A stretch of DNA of 63,968 bases, counting the filler, from Pirum gemmata (Eukaryota): the NCBI GenBank assembly GCA_002812295.1. It is 25 parts of 25 records of this genome, joined end to end, with 100 filler letters (N's around TTAATTAATTAA, not from the genome) between each part and the next. Parts side by side here need not be neighbours in the genome. Positions count along the whole stretch, not along the records: positions 37,488 to 39,554 come from PDIN01007597.1; positions 39,655 to 43,496 come from PDIN01007598.1; positions 43,597 to 45,759 come from PDIN01007599.1; positions 45,860 to 48,558 come from PDIN01007600.1; 21 more parts are not named here. One strand, 5' to 3'. The notes below the pieces were generated by a model that did not search any database, was not told the DNA's origin, and saw nothing but the letters and a program-made list of their open reading frames with translations. Position numbers and translations under genes: made by a program. Below are positions 37,615 to 48,658 of the stretch, piece by piece. The first letter of the stretch is position 1. Every line of letters begins with the position of its first letter.

Positions 37615-37715
37615 GTGCTTTTCAGTTGTGGTTGTCATCATATAAAATATACAATAGATAGTACCAAATTAATATGATATAAGTCCATTTAATTTAATTT
37701 GGTATATTTTATTAT
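37615..37715 (-). mobile_element. MITE family A partial copy
   Basis: TA|GTGCTTTTCAGTTG..GTACCAAATTAA..TTAATTTGGTA. Confidence 0.7.
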
Positions 37716-37764
37716 CTTTGTTATAATATTATTATATTAATATTAATATAACATCATTTTTTTA

Positions 37765-38530
37765 ATCCTAATCCTACTTCTACTCTTAACCCTAACCCTA
37801 ACCCTAACCCTAACCCTAACGTTAATCCTAACCCTAACCCTAACCCTAACCCTGACCCTAACCCTAATCTATATGAACCTATAGACTAGCTAGCTGTAGG
37901 CGAGGACCTGGGTATGATAATATAATATATTTTTAATATTCCTCTCTGGACTTTCTTTATTAAAAACGCTCATAATATTATCTCCATTACTATTTTAATA
38001 ATATTGTTAATGTTTTAGGTTTAGGTTTAGGTTTAGGTTTAGGTTTAGGTTTAGGTTTAGATTTAGATTTAGGTTTAGGTTTAGGTTTAGGCNACCCTAA
38101 CCCTAACCCTAACCCTAACCCTAACCCTAACCCTAACCCTAACCCTAACCCTAATAAGTAGAAATACAACACTCTTATAAATTATTAACAGTCTTTCCTC
38201 CATTCAAATAACTTTTCTTTATTATAACCATTTTCAACATAATTTAATTATTTAACATCTAAATTTCTAACCCTTTCTTCGTAATAGTCAAATCAACATT
38301 TCAACATAATATATATTATAATGACTTAACTCTTACCCTAAACCTAAGCCCTAACTCCTGCCACTAACCCTAACCCTACCCTAACCCTAACCCTAACCCT
38401 AACCCTAACCCTACCCTAACCCTAACCCTAACCCTAACCCTAACCCCAACCCTAACCCTAACCCTAACCCTAACCCTAACCCTAACCCTAACTCTAACCC
38501 TAGCTCTAACTTAACACTACCACTAACCCA
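37765..38530. repeat. Cluster of (CCCTAA)n arrays and a (TTTAGG)n variant array
   Basis: Arrays at 37765-37868, 38013-38091 (TTTAGG), 38094-38152 and 38335-38530. Confidence 0.9.
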
Positions 38531-38547
38531 TTATAATAAATCAATAT

Positions 38548-38909
38548 TTAATTAACTAAACCCTTCGCCATATACATACAACCACGTAATCGTCCATTAA
38601 GTAAACTATAATAACCATAATCTTTTCTTTGAATTCTTGAATAACCTTGTCTAAGATAAAAATCTATATTAGCATAAGTAGCACACAACACAGCACTTCT
38701 AATTGACAAAATTCCATTACCATTAATATAACTCTCTTTATAATCATTTTCAACATACCTTAACATCTCATCTCCCAATCCTTTCTTAGCGCAAATTAAA
38801 TCAATAGTTAAAATATCATCAATATTACTTAACCCTAACCCTAATCCCAACCCTTCTTTTTGATTATGATTGCGAATACCAATATCATTAATATTAATAT
38901 TATCACTAG

Positions 38910-38941
<32 letters not shown>

Positions 38942-39441
38942 CTGACTATAGTTACGCCAACTATTTTACTTACTATTTTTCTTTGTTGACCAAGTAATAG
39001 AAAATCTGGAATATGCTTCAAAGTTGGGGTTGTATCATCATATAATAAATACATTGTTAATTCTTTATTATTATTATTATTTACTTTTACTCTAGGATAT
39101 ATATTAATATGATATAATTTACTTCGTAAATAATCTTCTAATTCCCTCCCACAAAGATAATTTAAACGAGCTTCTTCAATTCGAGTTAAGCTCGAGCTGT
39201 CATTCGTTTTTTCGATTCTATATTCTTTTGTAATTGGTTTTTGTCGTGATCGATGTTTATTATTTTTTCGAGTCAGTATAACCGAATTTGTGGATGTTTC
39301 GAGTATTGGGTGATCACGTGATGATGATGATGTGTCTACTAATACTGCAGTTATTGGTGTTATGTTGTTGTTGTTTAATGTTAATGTAGTTAGTATTGTT
39401 ATTGTTAGTATGAGGTTGAGTTTTATTAGTTTTATTAACAT
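38548..39441 (-). CDS. GNAT-fold acetyltransferase-like protein, intronless
   Basis: LTIDLICAKKGLGDEMLRYVE (motif A-like) and AVLCATYANIDFYLRQGY (motif B-like); poly-T and GLGLGLGL insertions. Confidence 0.65.
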
Positions 39442-40202
39442 TGTTGCTGTTGTTGTTGTTGCTATTGTGGTGGTGGTGGTGATATTATTATTATTATTGC
39501 TATAAAATATTGTTCTTTGTTGTTGTTATAATAATTTATTATTTTATTATTATTNNNNNNNNNNNNNNNNNNNNNNNNNNNNNNNNNNNNNNNNNNNNTT
39601 AATTAATTAANNNNNNNNNNNNNNNNNNNNNNNNNNNNNNNNNNNNNNNNNNNNTATTATTATTATTATTATAGTAATAGTATAGTAATGTATAAAAAAT
39701 GCGTAACGGTCTATTATTGTTATTCATATAAACACTACTAGAGCTAGAGGTAAAAATCATTTTTCAGATTTTTTTTTTTTTCTTTTTTTGCCTATGATCG
39801 CAGCCTATCATACACTAATTTTTTTTGCTGAGGTTTTTTTGCACCTGCCTTTTAAAAAAAATGGGACCCGTTCAACTAGGAAGTACCATGCTTCCCAATG
39901 CTTTATCATGTTTACAAAACCCAAAACCACTTATAAATAACCTATTATGTATTATGGGTGGATAGAATTGTGATAGATAAAGTTTAATTAGCAACAAAAA
40001 TGAAGGACGTTTTTGTTGAACCTCCTAAATTTTGTTGTTCACTGTCAATGTTCAGCTTTTTTCGGCATTCGCTCAGTAGGTGCCCTTTCAAGTTTCAAGT
40101 TGAAGTTTCAACAGTGTTTCAACCCTATTCCAAGGCTAGTTTGTCTATTTGTTGATATAGACCAGTCTATTTTTAAATATGGTATTTGATATTTCTTGGA
40201 GG

Positions 40203-40241
<39 letters not shown>

Positions 40242-40263
40242 TTTTTTTTTTTTNNNNNNNNNN

Positions 40264-40296
<33 letters not shown>

Positions 40297-40338
40297 GTCT
40301 ATAAAAAAAACACTATGATACCTGGTAATGGCTAGGAG

Positions 40339-40516
40339 TGGTGCAAACAATTTAAAAACGCCCAATTTTTTCGTTTCACCAGAATTTTGAGTTTTCGAAC
40401 ATAAGTAGCGTAATAGGTATTTAATAGATTTGAAGCTTTGAAACATAAAAAAAAAAAAGTGGAACTTTTTAAATCAATTAGTAAAAAAGTAGGGTGTTTT
40501 TAGAATGTTTGCACCA
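40339..40516 (+). mobile_element. MITE family F, near-complete (~180 bp)
   Basis: TIR TGGTGCAAACA.TTTAAAAACGCCC / GGGTGTTTTTAGAATGTTTGCACCA|TA. Confidence 0.75.
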
Positions 40517-40665
40517 TATGATAAAAAAACTTGAAAAAGAAGTCTAAAAAGTCTAAAAAGGCTAAAAAAAAGCCAAAAAAAGAAATGCACATATATGATA
40601 AAAACTTGAAAAAGAAGTCTAAAAAGTCTAAAAAGGCTAAAAAAAAAGCCAAAAAAAGAAATGCC
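40516..40665. repeat. ~77-bp direct tandem duplication
   Basis: ATATGATAAAAA..CTTGAAAAAGAAGTCTAAAAAGTCTAAAAAGGCTAAAA..GCCAAAAAAAGAAATGC occurs twice. Confidence 0.9.
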
Positions 40666-41226
40666 CAGATGCGAAAAACTAGCGAAAAACTACTCAGTTG
40701 TTTATTTGCTAGTATTTATTTGGTACTTTTAGTTACAATGTTTGGTGCTCTTTGTTTTTAATAAGTAAATGGCTACAAGTACCAAATAAAATAAATTGGT
40801 TTACAATAAAATTTATTTGGTTTGTTTTTTCAGAGCTCATGGTACGCATTTATTTATAGTATGAGATAGAGTAGCTAGTCTACTACTCTAGACTAGTGGG
40901 TCTACTATCTAGCTAGCTAGGGTCTACTATCAGTAAGATCAGTGGGTCTATAGGGTCTATGGCCTTGTAGGGTCTATGCCATGGGGTCTATGTATAATTG
41001 AGCTAGCTAGCTACTATCTGATAGTAGTAGCTATGATAGATGGTAGGCATAGATGGTAGGCATAGCTAGTAGCTACTATCATACAGCTAGCTAGCTAGGA
41101 CTACTAGAGAGTAGACTATCGATAACAACTAGCTATCATAGCTGACTAGGAACAATGCTGCTGGTTTAGGTTTACTGCTGGTTTACTGCAACGGTGCTAC
41201 CAGGGCTATGCATATCAGTTTATTAG

Positions 41227-41289
<63 letters not shown>

Positions 41290-41705
41290 AGGTAGGTTAC
41301 TAATAAGTCAGTCTACCGGTATGATATCAGAAATTCAGAATAGACAGTCAGAAATTCAGAAAATCAGAATAGCTGTCAGAATAACACTACTAGCTAGCTA
41401 GCTAGTAGAGCAGAATAACATAGTCAGAATAGATCAGATATCATAGTCTGGCTAGCCTTCTAATAAACTAGACACTATCGGATATTCTAGCTAGCTACAG
41501 TTCTAGCTACCTATAGGAGTTTAGCTAGACTAATAAGATAATGACGTCATTATTTCAAGACTTTATTTAACCACCCCTAGCTAGCTAGCTAGCTAGTAGC
41601 TATCATAGTTAACCACCCTGATTAACCCTAGCTAGCTAGCTAGCCTAGATTAATCACCTTCTGGTCTAGCCTAGCTAGCTACTAGCTAGAGTAGCTGAGT
41701 AGTAA

Positions 41706-41924
41706 GGGAGCGTTCAATAATTACGTAACGCTGGGGGGTAGGGGGGTCGGATTTTTGTGACAGGGCCGTGACGCAGTAGGGGGGTAGGTTTTCGTAATAT
41801 AACATGACAGGAAATTTAGGGTACTATTTTTCCAAATCGTTACGTCATAAGGGGTAGGTAGTCCTTCTCAAACGTGACAGGCCGTTACACGGGGGGTAGT
41901 AGGGTAGGTTTTTGTCCCAAATCG
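41706..41924 (+). mobile_element. Family C-related PIF/Harbinger-like MITE with different interior, cut by gap
   Basis: TAA|GGGAGCGTTCAATAATTACGTAACGC terminus; G-rich GGGGGTAGG motifs. Confidence 0.7.
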
Positions 41925-41950
41925 NNNNNNNNNNNNNNNNNNNNNNNNNN

Positions 41951-41983
<33 letters not shown>

Positions 41984-42084
41984 GAACAAATAATAATCGT
42001 ACTACCAACAAAATAAGTTTTCAACTAAATACTAATATACGTTGGAAAACACCAATCCAATAATGTTGTAGTATCAAAACTTAC

Positions 42085-43427
42085 AAGTAAAGTGGCAGAA
42101 TGCCAAGGAGCAGGATCTGTTGGTAGTTCAGTTCGATAAACATATATTGTAATACTAATAATAGATATTCCAAATGTAAGAATCTCAAGAATAATATGTT
42201 TATACAAAACTTTGAAAATAACCCAATATTTGTTTCCTCTATGACTTTTGTTGTTCCGTTTGCCGTACTTGTTTTTGTACGCTAAATGAACAAGGTAAAC
42301 CCTAATTAAAACAGAAAAAATTATAAATATTAATTAAAAATAAACTAATTTAAACAATGAGAATTGGTCAATAATAAAAAATAAAGGATGATAATAGAAA
42401 TAACAAAGTAATAAAGTTAAAGACAGTGTGATGAAAGTGAAACAATAAATGATAGCAATAAAAATAACAAAAATGATAAAGACAATGACAATGATGAAAG
42501 TGAAACAATGGAAGATTGGTTAATAATAAGCATAAAGGATAACAATAAAAAAAACACCAATGATATGATATAGGTAAAGATAATGGCACTAGTCATGATA
42601 AAAGTGAATCAATTAAGACAAGTCGATGATAAGTAATAAATAACAACAAGAACAACAACAATAATATAAGTAAACATAATGACATTGGTCATGATAATGA
42701 AGTGAAACGATGAGAAATAGCCAATAATAAAAACAACAACAGTAATAAAGGTAAAAATAATAAATGGCATTGGCAATGATAATAATAGTAATGAAAGTTA
42801 TCAAAAACAACAACAATGATATAGGTAAAGATAACGACCCAAATGAAAGTGGAATAATGAGGATTGGTCAATAATAAACAATAAACAATAACAATAAAAT
42901 AACAAACAATGATATATGTAAAGATAATGGCATTGGTTATGACAATGATAATGAACGTGAAGCGACGAGGATCGGTCAATAACAAGCAATAAAGAATAAC
43001 ACATAATAACAACAGTGATAAAGGTAAAGATAATGACAATGATAATGATAATGATAATGAAAGTGGGTACCTGTTTGTGATAGCAGCAAAAAAGGATTGC
43101 AAAAAGAATAAAGCAATGAACTGAAAGGAATACAAATAATTTTTAACGTCGTTCGCATTAGAGTAGAAGTCATATGACGGGACAATATTGAGAGATGCAG
43201 CGGAAGAAAGCAAAGAAAAAATATAAAACATGAAGATGGAGATGAAAAGGTGAATTATGAACCATTCCCCCCTATTTCTAACTTTCTTGGTTTCTTTGTT
43301 CCAATACACAACAAATGCGATTAGTAACCCAATGATAATATGAAAAATAGCTGTAACGAGGCATACTATCCATGCCTTGTCTGAATCATGCTGAATGTCG
43401 TCTGATGTTTGAGCAGCCTCTACCTTA
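42085..43427 (-). CDS. Internal exons (~43427-43071 and 42301-42085) of a multi-pass membrane protein related to the 7TM protein at 30579-32254
   Basis: AWIVCLVTAIFHIIIGLLIAFVVYW..KKVRNRGEWFIIHLFISIF..FIALFFLQSFFAAITNR|VYLVHLAY..IILEILTFGISIISITIYV; canonical phase-2 intron. Confidence 0.7.
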
Positions 43428-43596
43428 CTAATATCAGTAAACAGGATAAAAATATAACAATTAACAATCCAAATGAAATAAGGCGAAAAACAATATNNNN
43501 NNNNNNNNNNNNNNNNNNNNNNNNNNNNNNNNNNNNNNNNTTAATTAATTAANNNNNNNNNNNNNNNNNNNNNNNNNNNNNNNNNNNNNNNNNNNN

Positions 43597-43692
43597 TATA
43601 CCAAATTAAATTAAATGGATTTATATTATATTAATTTGGTACTATTTATTGTATATTTTTATGACGCGACAAAATAACTGAAAAACATGATA
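43597..43692 (+). mobile_element. MITE family A right half
   Basis: TACCAAATTAA..TTAATTTGGTAC..GACAAAATAACTGAAAAACATGA|TA. Confidence 0.7.
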
Positions 43693-43772
43693 TTGTTATA
43701 GGCTACCGGTAATAGAATGCATTTATGAAACTAATGACTTTAATTATTCTTTTAAAATATTACGATAAGCTA

Positions 43773-44032
43773 GGGGGGTACGGGAGAATATAATCATCGA
43801 ATCAAACAGCTCGATCCTAATTATTAAAAAGTGACAATTTTGAAATGATATCCTTTTTTTTTTTTTTTTAGAGTTTCAAGTTTTTATTATGATATGAATT
43901 TCTAATACTTTTTTTCTTATCATATCATATCTATAAAAATATATATTTTTTTTTAAATTGAAAGCGAGTCAATATTCGAAAAATTTCGAAAATTTCGAAC
44001 TAGTCTCGATTCGATGGTTTTTATCACATCTC
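43773..44032 (-). mobile_element. MITE family D copy with ATCAT/TATGATA-type insertions
   Basis: Reverse complement of 49166-49411. Confidence 0.75.
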
Positions 44033-44160
44033 TAGAGATAATATAATATATATAATAATAACGTTGATATATATACTAATTGATAAATATTAATTAATTA
44101 AAAGCTAGTATTATCATAGATTGTTGTATATTGTTAAAAAATTAATTATTTTATTTTATT

Positions 44161-44199
<39 letters not shown>

Positions 44200-44519
44200 T
44201 AATACTACTCATTACTGTTAATTCCTATCGAATCATATTGTCTTCTTAAACTGTCAGTTTCTATTTTTTAAAATTTTAAAATTGTATCTAATACTTCCAA
44301 TTGGTGTTTTTAATTAATTAATTCATAACTATTTGCCTTCGTTATTTTCTGTATTCCTTCATTTATTTTACTATCACTTTTAATATTTAATGAATCGTAT
44401 CTTTACCATTATTGTCAATTCCTATCCAATCATATTGCCTTTTTAAATTGTCAGTTTCTATTTTTTAGAATTTTAAAATTGTATCTAATACTTCCAATTG
44501 GTGTTTTTAATTAATTAAT

Positions 44520-45380
44520 TCATAAATATTCGTTTTCGTTATTTTCTGTATTCGGACCAATTTCATTATCAGCTTCATTTATTTTACTATCACTTTTAAT
44601 ATTTAATGAATCGTAGTGATTTGTCATATCTTCAATTTCACTATTACTCTTCATTCCCATCGAATCATTTTGTCTATTTAAATCATCAGTTTCTATTTCA
44701 TTGTCTATGCCTTCTACCCTTCCTTCCTCTTGTACCATTTTACTATCACTATGTATTCCCATAACATCATAATGAATATGTACAGCATGCTCGTGTATAG
44801 AATTTTCAACAGTTTTTTCAACACTATCATCATTATAGTAATGTAAATTATTACCATTATTATTACTCTCATTATAATAATTACCAGAGCTACCGTTGTT
44901 GTTGTTGTTGTTGTTGTACGCTATTACATCGTAACCGGACTCTGGGAACCTATTAATAGAATCATACCCTTCTACATTGCAATATTGACTATGTGTTGTA
45001 TCTGAGCTGGCATTAGAGTTGACATGTTTCACAGCCGTACCGGCAGACCCTCTCATTATATTGTACTCTTCGTCAGTTTTCAATTCAATCGTTGCTCCAC
45101 CATTTACGAATTCATCGGGACTAAGTCCGTTCAAAAGGTCTTTATTTTTCTTACGTTTATAATAACAAAAATAATAACCAACAACACAAGCAATAAAAAT
45201 AACAACAACTCCTACAACACTACTAATCACGGCAATAACAACTGTCTCGTTTTTTTCATGCCCTTCTCCAGAATCAACGTCATTGTCATTTACACATACC
45301 TCCAAATCGGCCGTGTAACCATAAACATACTTGTCTCCATCTGGTTCTAAACAACTAATTTGCATGGCTTTGGAATTAAT
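44520..45380 (-). CDS. Terminal exon of a single-pass type I membrane protein with multiple cytoplasmic Tyr motifs
   Basis: Acceptor at 45381-45382; TM VVIAVISSVVGVVVIFIACVVGYYFCYY followed by KRKK; EEYNIM, GYDSI, GYDVI, HYDVM and HYDSL. Confidence 0.8.
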   Translation of the reverse strand: MNSKAMQISCLEPDGDKYVYGYTADLEVCVNDNDVDSGEGHEKNETVVIAVISSVVGVVVIFIACVVGYYFCYYKRKKNKDLLNGLSPDEFVNGGATIELKTDEEYNIMRGSAGTAVKHVNSNASSDTTHSQYCNVEGYDSINRFPESGYDVIAYNNNNNNNGSSGNYYNESNNNGNNLHYYNDDSVEKTVENSIHEHAVHIHYDVMGIHSDSKMVQEEGRVEGIDNEIETDDLNRQNDSMGMKSNSEIEDMTNHYDSLNIKSDSKINEADNEIGPNTENNENEYL

Positions 45381-45563
45381 CTATAAAGTTACAAGTAGTT
45401 ATAGTAATTATTAAATTATGTATAAGTCGTAATAGTAATTAAAAAACTATGATTAGAAAGATTGGTTTGCTTTATTTATAGGGTGTATACTATAGAAAGG
45501 TTGGGTTGAGTTAAGGTGGGGTTACTACTACTTCTACTACTATAATTACTATCACTTCCACTG

Positions 45564-45596
<33 letters not shown>

Positions 45597-45705
45597 TTAC
45601 TACTACTACTACTACTGCTACTACCACTACTATTACCATTACTATTACTACTACTATTACTACTACTATTACTACTACTATTACTACTACTATTACTACT
45701 ACTAT

Positions 45706-45759
<54 letters not shown>

Positions 45760-47130
45760 NNNNNNNNNNNNNNNNNNNNNNNNNNNNNNNNNNNNNNNNN
45801 NNNTTAATTAATTAANNNNNNNNNNNNNNNNNNNNNNNNNNNNNNNNNNNNNNNNNNNNTTGCTTCCTTTTATTATGTATTTTTATATAAACAAGTAGCA
45901 AATTAATAGGTTATATATGATTACAGCTGGTAGTAGTATTATTTAGCAACTTGAATTTTAAATGAGCTGTAATTCAATTTGATGTACAATTAAAATAACA
46001 ATGGCAATATGTAAAGGTATATATATATATATATATATATATTCTATGTATATCCAACTTTTTAATTATTAGAAATTTCAATTTTTATTAAACAAATTGT
46101 GATTTGGGATTAGAATGCATGTATGAAACATCAGTTTTAATGATTGAATTTTTGCTGAGACATATAAGTACATCTGTTTGCATATGTACTTTTTTTTTTT
46201 GTCATAGTCAATTTAATATTTATTCTTCGGCTGATGAGAAATAGTTAAAATATTACTAAGCCAAATGCTTGATACAGGCAGGAGAAAACCCAACCTCTTT
46301 TTTTTTTAAAAAAAAAAATTGCTCGAAAAGAAGAAAAAACATGTGGCATAATATAATGTACATGTTTTATATTTGGTGGTTGCTATTTTGTTTATATTGT
46401 TATTTCATTTTTCCTGGTATAGAGTTAGGATTAGGATTAGGATTAGTGTTAGGGTTAGTATTAGGATTAGGTGTCAGGGTTAGGGTTGGGACGAAACCCA
46501 AAACTGACTCAAAAGCTAAAAAAAACATCGTGGTTGCCGTTTTTTATTATTGTTTTATTTTTCCTGTTGGCAGTGTAATGGTTTTTATAGTATGTTTTTA
46601 ATTTTTTGCATACCACCAGAAGAAATAGATTTTTAAAATAGAAAAGTTTTGAAAAAAAAAGAATTTATTTATTATGTGTGTCTTTTCTGTCCAAATTAGT
46701 ATACTTTTGGCGAATGTACTGATAAAAATACTCTGTAAAAAAAGACTTGGCCAATCAGAACACGTTTTTATGAAGGAAAACACAGGTTGCTGATTTACTT
46801 GTGCTTACACAATGTCTATATTTATAAGCTACAAATAAAAAAAATCCGAAAATTAAATATAAGGAAAAAATGCTAATTTATTTTTTAAAAAAATAAATAT
46901 ATCTAGATACTGTAACTCCAAAATAAAAGTACTTACTGATATTTATGATGATAAATTTCACTTTATTTATTTATGTCACACTGCTTTATTTAACTATATG
47001 TTTCTTTTCTACATCTTCATAAAAAACGCGCAAAACGTTAGCAAAATGCAAAAGGCAAACAACACAAAAAAATAATAATAAAATAAAACAAAAAAAGAAA
47101 AAAAAAAAACAAAAAAATATAACATTTTAG

Positions 47131-47565
47131 TTAACGAAGCCTAGTACTACGCCTTGTTCCAATATTTTCCGTTTCTTCAAGTTTTGCTACTTTTTTTGGT
47201 TTCTTTTTTTCAGAATCTTTGTCATTCTTTTTATCTCTTTTGACTGGTGTATTGGTTTGCTTTTGGTTTTTTTCCTCATTTTTAACTTTGATATTTTTAT
47301 TTTCTTTCTCCGCTTGATGTTTGGAATTGGAGTTAGGGTTGTCCTGCTTTGGCGTTTTCTTCTTTTTTGATACATTGGACGATTTTATTAATACCTTTTC
47401 CTTTTTAGGCGAAATGGGTTCTTTATATCTTAAAAAAGTTAATGTTTGGTCGCTAGATTGAGCGGGACAATACTTGAATTTATTTTCGACGCCCGTGAAT
47501 TTACATACTTCTTCGATATTTTGAGCGTTGGTTCTAGCAATGAAGCCAGCCATTGCACCACGAGC
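47131..47565 (-). CDS. yaaA: Terminal exon of a YaaA (UPF0246/DUF328) peroxide-stress protein homologue with a Lys-rich tail
   Basis: cag|ARGAMAGFIARTNAQNIEEVCKFTG..FKYCPAQSSDQTLTFLR matches the YaaA C-terminus (KARG.MAR.I...F...S....L.F.R). Confidence 0.75.
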   Translation of the reverse strand, partial: ARGAMAGFIARTNAQNIEEVCKFTGVENKFKYCPAQSSDQTLTFLRYKEPISPKKEKVLIKSSNVSKKKKTPKQDNPNSNSKHQAEKENKNIKVKNEEKNQKQTNTPVKRDKKNDKDSEKKKPKKVAKLEETENIGTRRSTRLR

Positions 47566-47779
47566 CTGAGTTGAGGGGTTAGGGAGTTAGGGTATTATAG
47601 TTGAGAATTGAATTCAAAAAATTTAAGTTTTTTTTTGTAATCATAAAATGTACAATAAAAAATTACAAATGAATACAATATAAATACATTCTACTTAATT
47701 ATCTTTTTTCAAACCTTAAGAGAAGTCTATTTCAAAGGTTATAAAATAGCAAATAAATAATCAGAATGACAAAGTTGCT

Positions 47780-47810
47780 GTAGTAGTAGTAGTAGTAGTT
47801 GTTGTTGTTT

Positions 47811-47842
<32 letters not shown>

Positions 47843-48558
47843 GGTGGTGGTGGTGGTTTTTGTTCTTGTTCTTGTTCTTGTTCTTGTTCTTGTTCTTGTT
47901 CTTGTTGTTCTTGTTCTTGTTCGTGTTCTTCTTGTTCTTTTTGTTCTTGTTGTTCTTGTTGTTCTTGTTCTTGTTATTGTTGTTCTTGTTGTTGTTCTTG
48001 TTGTTGCTCTTGTTGTTAATGTTGTTGTTGTTCTTGTTCTTGTTGTTCTTGTTCTTGTTGTTCTTGTTGTTCTTGTTCTTGTTGTTCTTGTTGTTCTTGT
48101 TCTTGTTGTTCTTGTTGTGGTCTTGTTGTTGTTCTAGTTATTGTTGTTGTTNATCCACCAATCCACCAATCCACCGATCCACCAATCCACCAATCCATCG
48201 ATCCATACATCAATTTACCAATCAATCCACCAATCCATCTATCGACCCACCAATCCACCAATCTATCGACCCATCACCCAGTTACTCCATCCATTCATTC
48301 TTCAGTTAATCAATATAACAATCAGTAAATCAATAAATCAATCGATCAGTCATTCAATAAATTAATAAATCAATCAATCAATCGATCGATCATCCATCCA
48401 TCCTTCAATCAATCAATAAATCATTCAATTACCCATCCATCGACTCACCAATCGATCCATCAATCCACCAGTTAACCCATCCATTCTTCAATAAATCAAT
48501 AAATCAAATAAATCAAATAAATCAATAAATCAAATAAATCAATAAATCAATAAATCAA
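47780..48558. repeat. (GTT/CTTGTT)n and (ATCC/AATC)n microsatellites
   Basis: Direct reading. Confidence 0.9.
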
Positions 48559-48658
48559 NNNNNNNNNNNNNNNNNNNNNNNNNNNNNNNNNNNNNNNNNN
48601 NNTTAATTAATTAANNNNNNNNNNNNNNNNNNNNNNNNNNNNNNNNNNNNNNNNNNNN

